From Myxococcales bacterium (GTDB lineage Bacteria; Myxococcota_A; UBA9042): DNA of 26,647 nucleotides. The position numbers were made by a program, and so were the translations under genes. Under the pieces are notes generated by a model, which saw only the letters and a program-made list of their open reading frames with translations, was not told where the DNA came from and ran no database searches. Location of the stretch: the NCBI GenBank assembly GCA_037441385.1, contig JBBISH010000090.1, forward strand, positions 1 through 26,647. The letters are read 5' to 3'. Below, piece after piece: positions 17,273 through 25,789 of this stretch (positions are counted from its first letter, which is position 1; the number at the start of each line of letters is the position of its first letter).

Positions 17273-19926
17273 GCCGCGGGCATGCAAACCTTGCCAAGGC
17301 GGCGCTGGCCCTGGCGATCGCGGCACTGGTGCCCGTGGTCGGCTGTGGCAGCTCAGCCAGCGGCTCTGGCCAAAAGACGGCCGACACAGCGGGCGATGCT
17401 GCGGCCGCCGACCTGCAGGGCGACGTCACCGGCACGGCCGACGCGGTGACCCCCACAGCGCTGCCGGGCATTTGGACGCAGATCAAAGTGCCGGGGGATC
17501 CGGCGGTAAGCCTGCATGGGGTCTGGACCGACGGCCCCACCCGCAGCGTCGCCGTGGGCAGCGACGGAACCATTTTGCAGAACAACGGCTTGGGCTGGAA
17601 GGTCGCCAGCGCTGGCGTGTTCCCGACGCTCCACGCCGTCAGCGGCGCCCCCGGCGGCAACCGGGTCTTTGCCGTGGGCCTGGGCGGCACCATCGTCCAA
17701 AACATCGGCGCCGGCGGACAGTTCGGCAGCACCTGGGGCCCGCCCGGCGGCTGCACCAAGGCGGGCGACTGCAACGACGGCGACCCCTGCACCGCCGACA
17801 GCTGCGAATCCGGGCTATGCAGCCATCTGCCCGCAGGCGGGGCAACTTGTTGCGGCGGCTCTGCTTTTGCGGACTCCTTTGACAAAGGCCTGGGCAACTG
17901 GACGGTGAGCGACACCAGCAGCGGTGGCATCGTCTGGTCCGCCGCCAGCATGAAAAGCGTTGACGGCACGTCACGTTACACCAGCGCCCCCAACGCCGCC
18001 TACTTTGGCCGGACCGACGCGGTCTGCCCCAGCGGCGAGGGCTTTTGCCCCACCTTTGACAACGGCAAGACCGTGGCGTCGACCATGATCTCGCCCGCGG
18101 TGCAGCTGCCATCGGCCAAGAAAATCACCCTATCGTTCATGGTGCTGCTGGACGTTGGCTCGGGCATCTTTGACCAACTGCAGATCCAGGTCGCCCAGCC
18201 GAGCGGCGCCAAAGAAGTGGTGTGGGACAAGCAAAAGCAGCTGACCACGGGCTCGACCGGCGGGCAGTTCGTGGCGCAGACCGCCGATCTCACCAAGTTT
18301 GCCGGTCAGAAGATCCATCTGGAGATCAGCTTCAACTCCTTGGACAAGAACAACAACGCCGGTGAGGGCGTCTACTTGGACGATCTGGCGATCACCTCGC
18401 AGTGCAACCCACCCGCGGCGACCAGCGGCAGCCTGACCTCCAGCACGCTGTTCAGCGTGTGGGCGGCCGGCGACGACGACGCCTGGGCCGTGGGCGAGGG
18501 CGGTTTCACCGCGCACTGGGACGGCACCGCTTGGACGGCCGGCTCGGGCAGCAAGACCGCGGACTACGACACCCTCGGCGGCAGCAGCCACTTCGCGCTG
18601 CTCGGCGGCACCGGCGGGTTCTTGGCACAGGTCTCGGCCGGTGGAGTCAAGGGCCAAGCCAGTGGCACCCAACTAGAAATCACCGCGACCGCCGTGCGCG
18701 AGAACGCCGAGGGCACCGCCATCGCCCAGGCCATGGCCGTGGGCACCAAGGGCCTAGTCCTGTACTTTGACGGCAGCGTCTGGAAGAAGGACGCCGCGTC
18801 ACCGCTTGCGGGCCAGGACTTGCGCGGGGTGGCAGCTTTTGGCGACGGCACCTGGGCGGCCGTGTCCAGCAGCGGCAACGTGTGGCAGCGCAATGTGGCG
18901 GGCACCTGGGAAAAGGCGACCTCGACCGGCCTGCCGCTGTACGCGGTGGTGGCGACCGGCAAGGACACCGGCTACGCCATGGGCCTGTCGGGAGCGCTGG
19001 CCGAAAGAAACGGCGACACCTGGCAAGTGAGCCAGCTGGCGGGCGGCGGCTCGGCGCGGGCGGCCTGGGCCGACGACAAGGGCAATGGCTGGGCGGTCGG
19101 CGACGGCGGCAGCGCCTGGAAGCTCGAACAGGGGAACTGGAACACCGCGCAAACCGGCATGTTTGTCACCCTACAGGCCGTGTGGGCGGCCGCACCCGAC
19201 GACGTGTTCGCCGCCGGCCAAGGCGCCACGATTATCCACTACGACGGCACGGCCTGGACCCCGATGGCAGGACCCGTGGCGGGCGATTGGCGCGGACTTT
19301 GGGGCAATTCTTCCACGGATGTCTACGCGGTGGGCACGGGCGGCGCGGTCGCACACTGGAACGGCCAGGACTGGTCGCTGCTGTCCGAGCCCGTCACCGC
19401 CACCTTGCGCGCAGTGTGGGGCCTGTCCGGCAGCGACATCTGGGCCGTCGGCGAAGGCGGAAACATATACCATTACAGCGGCTTGGGATGGAAGCTGACG
19501 CCCATCGAGCCCTACCAACCGGATCCGAATCAGAAGGCCTACAAGGTGAAGTCGACGCTGCTGGCGGTGTGGGGACCGACGAGCGGCGACGTGTGGGCCA
19601 GCGGCGAACCCGATGGCGACGGCCGCGGCGTGCTGGTGCACTGGGACGGCCAGACCTGGACGTACGCGCCGCTGCTCCAAGAGTGGGGCCACCCGGTGCG
19701 CGCGATCTGGGGCTGGGGCCCGGCCGACATCCTGCTGGCCGGCACTGGCGGCGGCGTGCTCCACCTGGACAGCACGACCAGCGAGTGGAAGGCCCTGCAA
19801 ACGGGCACGATCGCCACCTTGTTTGGGATCGCACCGTTTGCCAAGGATGCGCTTTTGGTGGGCGACATCGGCGTGGTGTTGCGCTATACCCCACCCGTCC
19901 ACCCCAGCGGCGGAGGCGAAAAATGA
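17269..19926 (+). CDS. Lipoprotein, 14-blade beta-propeller with inserted Cys-rich module and jelly-roll domain
   Basis: ATG 17269 overlaps the upstream stop (ATGA); lipobox VVG-C (Cys 17344); CNDGDPCTADSC repeat; insert ending N..GEGVYLDDL; 2+12 blades. Confidence 0.88.
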   Translation: MSRGHANLAKAALALAIAALVPVVGCGSSASGSGQKTADTAGDAAAADLQGDVTGTADAVTPTALPGIWTQIKVPGDPAVSLHGVWTDGPTRSVAVGSDGTILQNNGLGWKVASAGVFPTLHAVSGAPGGNRVFAVGLGGTIVQNIGAGGQFGSTWGPPGGCTKAGDCNDGDPCTADSCESGLCSHLPAGGATCCGGSAFADSFDKGLGNWTVSDTSSGGIVWSAASMKSVDGTSRYTSAPNAAYFGRTDAVCPSGEGFCPTFDNGKTVASTMISPAVQLPSAKKITLSFMVLLDVGSGIFDQLQIQVAQPSGAKEVVWDKQKQLTTGSTGGQFVAQTADLTKFAGQKIHLEISFNSLDKNNNAGEGVYLDDLAITSQCNPPAATSGSLTSSTLFSVWAAGDDDAWAVGEGGFTAHWDGTAWTAGSGSKTADYDTLGGSSHFALLGGTGGFLAQVSAGGVKGQASGTQLEITATAVRENAEGTAIAQAMAVGTKGLVLYFDGSVWKKDAASPLAGQDLRGVAAFGDGTWAAVSSSGNVWQRNVAGTWEKATSTGLPLYAVVATGKDTGYAMGLSGALAERNGDTWQVSQLAGGGSARAAWADDKGNGWAVGDGGSAWKLEQGNWNTAQTGMFVTLQAVWAAAPDDVFAAGQGATIIHYDGTAWTPMAGPVAGDWRGLWGNSSTDVYAVGTGGAVAHWNGQDWSLLSEPVTATLRAVWGLSGSDIWAVGEGGNIYHYSGLGWKLTPIEPYQPDPNQKAYKVKSTLLAVWGPTSGDVWASGEPDGDGRGVLVHWDGQTWTYAPLLQEWGHPVRAIWGWGPADILLAGTGGGVLHLDSTTSEWKALQTGTIATLFGIAPFAKDALLVGDIGVVLRYTPPVHPSGGGEK

Positions 19927-21974
19927 TACTGAAATTCAATACCAAGTGGCTCGCCTACCTCGCAGTGCTGGGGCTCGCCGCCGCCTGCAGCACCAACACG
20001 GTGCAGGGCTCGGTCTACCAGGCCGACGCGGGCGGCAGCCCCGACGGATTCCTGTTCGGTGACGGCAGCTACGACTCGAAGACCGCGGCCGACAATGGCG
20101 GCGGCGAAGTCGCAGCGAGCGACGCCCCAGGGAGCGAGACCGCCATCGGCAACACGTTCCAATACGCCGTAGGCAAAGACGATTTTGGCGGGACGTGCGA
20201 TACGCTGTGCGCGCTGATGGTCAACCAGAACGCGACGCGCAAGGTCAAGGTGCGCTATCAGATCGCCGGCCAACCGGCGCCAGCCGGCCTGCCGATCACC
20301 TTCGAGATGGCCGACGCGCAGAGCACCTTGGGCGTGGTTCTGACGCCGGGCGTGATGACCGACGACTTGGGCGAAGCCGAGGCGGAGATCAAGGCCAACG
20401 GCACCGTGGGCAAATTCGCCGTGGTCGCCAAGGTACCCGATGACGCCACGGTAGCGCCTCTCACCTTCGATTTCACCGTAGTGAGCAAGGCCAAAGGGCC
20501 GCTGACCATCACCGCCCACTACAAGGGCACGTCGATGCCCGCCGAACTGGGCAACGTGCAAGTCAGGCTCACCAAGCAGGTTTCCGGCGCGCCGGCCTGC
20601 AAGTCGCTGGACCTGGGCGACACGCTGCCGGTGGCCGCCTGGACCAGCCCCAACCTGGCCTGGGACAAGCCGTGGGGCCTCAGCTTCCCCAGCTTGGCCG
20701 GATGGGTGCAAAAGGAAGCGGGCCCCGATGGCGTGGTCACCTTTACCGCCATCGGCGTCGCGTTCCCGTCCAAGGGCGGCAGCAAGCCCGTGGCCGGCGG
20801 CTGCGTCGACACCGGCGTCACCATGAAGGTCAACGGCCAAGGCGTGGTCGAAGGCGATGATGTCATCGTCGATTTCTACGACCTGCCGCCGCGCCTCAAG
20901 GGCACCTACGACCTGATCAGCCACTTCGATCTGCTCAGCATCCTGCCCGATCCGGTGGAGTTGGTGCTGAAGACCGTGCTCGACATCGTGACCGATCCCG
21001 TGGCGGGCATCCTGGGCCTGACCTGCAAGCTGGGCGGCAACACCTTGGAGTCCATGTGCAAGTACGTGTTCATGGACCCGGCAAACCCGCAGATCAAGGA
21101 CCTGACGGCGGTGGGCAACATCGTGGTCAAGTTCCTGGACGCGCTCCTGCTGTCGTACCTGCCGCAGAACATCAAGACGGGGCTGAACACCGGCGCGGAC
21201 TTGAACGAGATTCTGACCAACCTGGAGGTGGGCGGCACCATCGAGATCAAGGCCGAGCCCGACAGCACCGGCTTCTTGCCCGCTGCCCAGACCAAGGAAG
21301 TGTGGTCGACCGTCACCTACAAGTGGACGCTGGGCCAGACCTGCGACCCCAAGGACCCCAATTGCGGCAAGAAGACGTTCAATGTCGAAGCCTTCCAGGC
21401 TGACGCTATCATCGGCCAGTTCGACCTGTGGCGCGATGCGCTGAAGTCGCAAGTCAAGATCGGCAAGCACGCCCTGAAGGTGAAGTGGGGGGCGCTGCTC
21501 AACTACATCGTGCAAAAGCAGCTGCTGCCGGCCATGACGGGCACGGCGGGTGGCAGCGGGCCGGTGGTCGACAGCTACGCCAAGCTGTTGAAATCGCTGC
21601 TAGCGCCCACCGGCAAGCAATGCTTGGTCAAAGACAGCTGCTGCGACGATTTTGCCGCCAAGCTGGCCACCCAGCAGAGCGTCATTTCGGCGGGGTTCCT
21701 GTCGTCGACATGCGAAGCGCTGATCACGCTGGGCACCGGCTACCTAGAGGCCACGCTCAACAATCTGGACGGCACCAGCGGCGATCCCAGCAAGGGCTCG
21801 GGGCTGCTCTTGTCGGCCAATGCGTGCAACATCTTCGAAACCAATCAGGATCAGCTGATCGATCTGTGGGGCGGTCCGATGCCTGCCGACCAGTGCGTGT
21901 GGGACATGACCATCACCGTGGGCGGCAGCCCGCAGACCCTCAAGGGCACGTTCTACGCCAAGCGCCAGCAGTAG
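19923..21974 (+). CDS. Lipoprotein of unknown function with N-terminal invasin-like Ig (Big_1-like) domain
   Basis: ATG 19923 overlaps the upstream stop (ATGA); lipobox LAAA-C (Cys 19986); P.AGLPITF...TDDLGEAEAEIKA...G.F.V.A; codon usage matches the neighbouring genes. Confidence 0.85.
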   Translation: MILKFNTKWLAYLAVLGLAAACSTNTVQGSVYQADAGGSPDGFLFGDGSYDSKTAADNGGGEVAASDAPGSETAIGNTFQYAVGKDDFGGTCDTLCALMVNQNATRKVKVRYQIAGQPAPAGLPITFEMADAQSTLGVVLTPGVMTDDLGEAEAEIKANGTVGKFAVVAKVPDDATVAPLTFDFTVVSKAKGPLTITAHYKGTSMPAELGNVQVRLTKQVSGAPACKSLDLGDTLPVAAWTSPNLAWDKPWGLSFPSLAGWVQKEAGPDGVVTFTAIGVAFPSKGGSKPVAGGCVDTGVTMKVNGQGVVEGDDVIVDFYDLPPRLKGTYDLISHFDLLSILPDPVELVLKTVLDIVTDPVAGILGLTCKLGGNTLESMCKYVFMDPANPQIKDLTAVGNIVVKFLDALLLSYLPQNIKTGLNTGADLNEILTNLEVGGTIEIKAEPDSTGFLPAAQTKEVWSTVTYKWTLGQTCDPKDPNCGKKTFNVEAFQADAIIGQFDLWRDALKSQVKIGKHALKVKWGALLNYIVQKQLLPAMTGTAGGSGPVVDSYAKLLKSLLAPTGKQCLVKDSCCDDFAAKLATQQSVISAGFLSSTCEALITLGTGYLEATLNNLDGTSGDPSKGSGLLLSANACNIFETNQDQLIDLWGGPMPADQCVWDMTITVGGSPQTLKGTFYAKRQQ

Positions 21975-21995
21975 CGGCCAAAGCAGCAGCAAGAC

Positions 21996-23753
21996 ATGAC
22001 CATAGAACCCAAGGATCTCCGGACACTTTTGATCCGGCTGGCGCTGGTGACGATTGCCCTGCGCGCCGCGCCGATGTTCACGGCCGATCTGGCGCCCAGC
22101 GAGGCCGCGGCTGCCCTGGGCCTGGCGGCAGACGGTCCCTCGGGCGAGCCGTGGTTGGTGCTGGGGCGCGCCTGGAATGTGGCGACGGCTGGGCAGGCCG
22201 GGATGCTGCGACTGGCGGCGCTGGCAGCCGAACTGGCTTTGCCTCTGCTGGCCGTGGGTTACGCGCGCATCGCCGGTTGGGGCACGCTGCCTGGGTTGAT
22301 TGCCGGCCTGGCGCTGGCGCTGGCGCCGTGGACGATGCAGGCGGGCCACCGCTTTGGCGCGGGTAGTGCCGTGGCGGCCGCGGCCCTGCTGGCGCTCGTG
22401 CTGCTGCGCGGGGGACTGAAAGACGGGCAAGTGGCGCGGGTCGCGGCCTCGGGCGCGGTGGTTGCAGGGCTGGGCGCGCTGGCGTCGCCAGCTTTGGCCA
22501 TTGTGCCCGCGGGCTTGTATATCGTGATGCGGTCGGTGGTCGAGCCGCGCGCCAAGGTGCAGGCGATCGCGGCCTGGACGATCGGGGCGCTGCTGGGCCT
22601 GGGTGGCCGCCTGGCCGCCTTGGGCTACCTGCTTCCGCAAAGCGACGGGGCGACGGCTTGGTGGGCCACGGCCCAGGCCGGCGAATCAGCAGGCTGGGCG
22701 GCTACTTCGCCGGTCGTCGCGGCCGGACAAGTGCTGGCCACGGCGGGGCCGCTGGGGCCGCTTGGTGCAGTGGGGCGCCTGCTGGACTTGATCGAGGCGC
22801 CGGTGGTGTGGCAAGTGGGCGCGGCCGCGGTGCTGCTGCTGGCGGCGGTGGGCACGTGGCGTGGCCTGGTGCAGGCGGATCCGCCGGTCGAGCGGGCGGC
22901 ACTGCGCTCGCCCCTGGCCCGCGACGACCGCGAGCAAACCGGCGCAGCTGCGGCCGATGGCTGGCGGACTCTGGGCGTGGCCCTCCCCAACTTGCCGCGC
23001 AGCCTGGGGGATCGCGATTGGGCCCCGCCGCTGCTCGCCGCTGCGACGGCGGCTGCGGTGGCCGGCGGGCTGGCGCACCGGGGCACGGCAGATGGCGTGG
23101 GCGAGGCGGTGGCGGTCGCGCGCGTTGGCCTCGCCCTGCCGCTGGGGGCCGGTCTGGCTGCCCTGGCACTTCCGGCCAAAAGTCTAAGCAGCGGTGCCGA
23201 GTTGCTGGTCAAGCGCCGCGCCTACTGGACCCTTGGCGCCGTGGCCCTGGCCCTATTTGCCGTGGGTGCTTGGCACCTGTTGGCCCAGACCGAGCGTATC
23301 GACCGCATCTCGGCGCGCAAGGTGGCTCGCTTTGCCCGCGACTCGGCCACCGAAATAGCGAACGATTCTGCCGCCATGCTGGCGGTGGGGCCGCGCGGAC
23401 TGGCCGTGGCGGCGCAGCTGGACCCCATGGGCACCTGGCCGCGGCTGCGGCGGGCCCAGGCCGAAACCGGGGACGCGGCGGCGCATTTGATCGCGCTGTT
23501 GCAGCAGAAGCCCGGCGCCGTGCTGCTCATGGGCGATCGCGCGGCGCTGGGTGCGGCCGAAGACGCCAACCCCGAGCAGCTCGCGGTCCTGCGCACGCTC
23601 GATAAGACCCTGAAACTATCCGGGTTTAGTGAAGTGGACGACTCACACAGGCAGATCGGCGCCACTGCGGTGATCGCCTACCAACCGGCCGGGGCCTCCA
23701 GCGGAGATCCGCGCAGCGTGCGCCCGCAACTGGCCCCCGGCGTCGCACCGTGA
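21996..23753 (+). CDS. Polytopic membrane protein, GT-C fold (PMT/ArnT-like) glycosyltransferase-like, divergent
   Basis: TM1 then LR......L..SEA (DE-loop position); LRL.AL......L......R.......GLIAGL.LAL.PW pattern of PMT_2-like proteins; many TMs and a C-terminal soluble domain. Confidence 0.55.
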   Translation: MTIEPKDLRTLLIRLALVTIALRAAPMFTADLAPSEAAAALGLAADGPSGEPWLVLGRAWNVATAGQAGMLRLAALAAELALPLLAVGYARIAGWGTLPGLIAGLALALAPWTMQAGHRFGAGSAVAAAALLALVLLRGGLKDGQVARVAASGAVVAGLGALASPALAIVPAGLYIVMRSVVEPRAKVQAIAAWTIGALLGLGGRLAALGYLLPQSDGATAWWATAQAGESAGWAATSPVVAAGQVLATAGPLGPLGAVGRLLDLIEAPVVWQVGAAAVLLLAAVGTWRGLVQADPPVERAALRSPLARDDREQTGAAAADGWRTLGVALPNLPRSLGDRDWAPPLLAAATAAAVAGGLAHRGTADGVGEAVAVARVGLALPLGAGLAALALPAKSLSSGAELLVKRRAYWTLGAVALALFAVGAWHLLAQTERIDRISARKVARFARDSATEIANDSAAMLAVGPRGLAVAAQLDPMGTWPRLRRAQAETGDAAAHLIALLQQKPGAVLLMGDRAALGAAEDANPEQLAVLRTLDKTLKLSGFSEVDDSHRQIGATAVIAYQPAGASSGDPRSVRPQLAPGVAP

Positions 23754-23853
23754 CAGCAGCCCTGGCGAGTTCGCGTCAACGGCCGGCGACCAGCCCGGCT
23801 GCGGGAGGATCGCGCGCGCTTGGCCGCATGGGCGGACTGTGGGTGGGGCGACC

Positions 23854-25782
23854 GTGAGCGCGCTGGCGGCCCTGAGTCATCTTCAAGACATCTTGCCCGG
23901 TTACGAGGTTCGACCTGGACAGGCCAGCATGGCCGCCGCCGTCGAGACTTCGATCGCCGCGCGGCGCGACCTGCTGGTCGAGGCGGGCACTGGGACGGGC
24001 AAGACGCTGGCGTACCTGATCCCGGCCCTGCTGGCGCCACAGCGGGTGCTGGTGTCTACCGCGACCCGCACCCTGCAAACCCAGATTCTGCAGAATGATC
24101 TGCCGGCAGCACAGCTGGCCTGCGGCGTTCAACGCAGCGTGGCGGTCCTCAAAGGCCGCGCCAACTACCTGTGTCCACAGCGGATCGACGTGGCCATGCA
24201 GCGTCGCCGGTTCTTAGGCGCCGTGCTTTCGCCCGAGCTGGCGGCCATCGAAGCGGTGGCCCGGACCAGCGACAGCGGCGACCGCGCCGAGGTGTTTGGC
24301 ATCGACGACGGCCACGCGCTGTGGGCCGAAGTAACCTCCACGGTCGACAACTGCTTGGGGAGCCAGTGCCCGCGCCTGGACAGCTGCTTTGTCGCCCGCG
24401 CCCGCCGCCGCGCCGCTGCCGCCGACGTGGTGATCGTCAACCACCACCTGCTACTGGCCGATTTCGCCGTCCGCGAGCGATGGGCCGGCGGCGGCCTGTT
24501 GCCGGGCGGCGGGACGATCATCTTGGACGAGGCCCACGCCCTGGCCGACACCGTGACCAGCTTCTTTGGCGCGACGGTCAGCGAGCGGCGGCTGACCAAT
24601 CTGCTCAAAGACTTGCGCCCTGCCCAGCGCACCTTGGGCGATCCGCTGCTGGCGGCCGGTTTGGCCGAAGCCCTGGACCTGCTGGAGCAAACGTCCGAAC
24701 ACTTGTGGCAGGCCCTGCGGCAAAACCGCCACGGCGAGTCCTTGCGCGGCGAGCGGTTGCACGAGCTGCAGCCCCTGGCCGGCGAGGTCGACAGCGCCCT
24801 GGCCTGGACGCACGACCTGTGCGGCACCGAGGAAGCCAGCCGCGACCCCGTGCTCGCCAAGGCCAGCGAGTCGCTGTGGGCGCTCCGCAGCGACCTGGAC
24901 ACCTGCGTGCCGGCCGGGGCCGCGCGCCCCGAATACGTCCGCTGGGTCGAGCAGCGCCCGCGCGATGTGGGGCTGGTGGCGCGACCGATCGACGTGGCGG
25001 CCATCTTGCAGCGGACCCTGCTCGCGCTGCCGGCCACCCGGGTCTTTACCTCGGCAACGCTGGCCGTGCAGGGCCGGTTCGAGCTGGTGCGCGAGCAACT
25101 GGGCTTGGCGGCGGACACGCCGGCCGTCACCGTGCCCAGCCCGTTCGATTTTGCCCAGCAGGCGCTCCTGTACATTCCAGAAGACATGCCGGATCCGCGG
25201 GACGCGCGCCGCGATGTCCAGGTCGCCAAGGTCGTGGCCAACCTGGCGCTGGCCGCGGGTGGTGCGACCATGGCGCTGTTCGCCAGCCACCAAGCACTGC
25301 AAAGGGCCGCCGAGCGGATACCGCCGCAGCTGCCGTTCGCGGTGCTGTGGCAAGGTCAAGAGCCGCGCGAACGCTTGTTGGAGCGGTTCGTGGCCGAGCA
25401 ACCGGCGTTGCTGTTGGCGACCATGGGGTTTTGGCAGGGCGTGGACCTACCGGCCGAGGCGCTGCGGGTGGTGGTGCTGGACAAGATCCCGTTTCCACCA
25501 CCCGATGAGCCGCTCATGGTGGCGCGCAGCGAGCGGCTGCAAGAGGCGGGTCGCTCCCCATTTGCCGAGTTGTGGCTGCCGGCGGCCAGCCAGGCCCTGC
25601 GCCAAGGTTTTGGTCGATTGGTCCGCAGCCGCCGCCATGCGGGTGTGGTCGCCGTGCTGGATCCGCGCCTGTGGAGCATGCGCTACGGAGCCCAGCTGCG
25701 GGCCAACCTGCCGCCGGCCATGGTGGCGCGCAACTGGGGTCAAGTGTTGAACTTTCTATCAGAATTGAGCACCATCGACTAG
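23854..25782 (+). CDS. ATP-dependent DNA helicase, DinG/YoaA family (Fe-S)
   Basis: Q motif RPGQ..MA, Walker A EAGTGTGKT, KGRANYLC, NCLGSQC..LDSCF (four Fe-S Cys), NHHLL, DEAH, TSATL, SPFDF, FWQGVD, QGFGRLVRS. Start is GTG 23854 or 23839. Confidence 0.94.
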   Translation: MSALAALSHLQDILPGYEVRPGQASMAAAVETSIAARRDLLVEAGTGTGKTLAYLIPALLAPQRVLVSTATRTLQTQILQNDLPAAQLACGVQRSVAVLKGRANYLCPQRIDVAMQRRRFLGAVLSPELAAIEAVARTSDSGDRAEVFGIDDGHALWAEVTSTVDNCLGSQCPRLDSCFVARARRRAAAADVVIVNHHLLLADFAVRERWAGGGLLPGGGTIILDEAHALADTVTSFFGATVSERRLTNLLKDLRPAQRTLGDPLLAAGLAEALDLLEQTSEHLWQALRQNRHGESLRGERLHELQPLAGEVDSALAWTHDLCGTEEASRDPVLAKASESLWALRSDLDTCVPAGAARPEYVRWVEQRPRDVGLVARPIDVAAILQRTLLALPATRVFTSATLAVQGRFELVREQLGLAADTPAVTVPSPFDFAQQALLYIPEDMPDPRDARRDVQVAKVVANLALAAGGATMALFASHQALQRAAERIPPQLPFAVLWQGQEPRERLLERFVAEQPALLLATMGFWQGVDLPAEALRVVVLDKIPFPPPDEPLMVARSERLQEAGRSPFAELWLPAASQALRQGFGRLVRSRRHAGVVAVLDPRLWSMRYGAQLRANLPPAMVARNWGQVLNFLSELSTID

Positions 25783-25789
25783 TCGGCGC

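Noticed and set aside
17032..19922. N-terminal extensions of ORFs 17032..19926 and 18882..21974 (also 598..2025, 7467..7829, 7915..8805)
   Set aside because: They overlap real genes or promoters; signal peptides, RBSs and ATGA/GTGA coupling define the later starts.
9712..21515. Long minus-strand ORFs (9712..13053, 13327..15807, 16100..17326, 19884..21515) and similar ORFs such as 2719..4401, 5070..6950 and 7702..8781
   Set aside because: Antisense shadows of well-supported genes; high GC and codon bias suppress stops; no recognisable motifs.
23854..25782. DinG as part of a type IV CRISPR or other defence system
   Set aside because: No cas genes, repeat-spacer array or defence genes in the window; it looks like an ordinary Fe-S YoaA/DinG.
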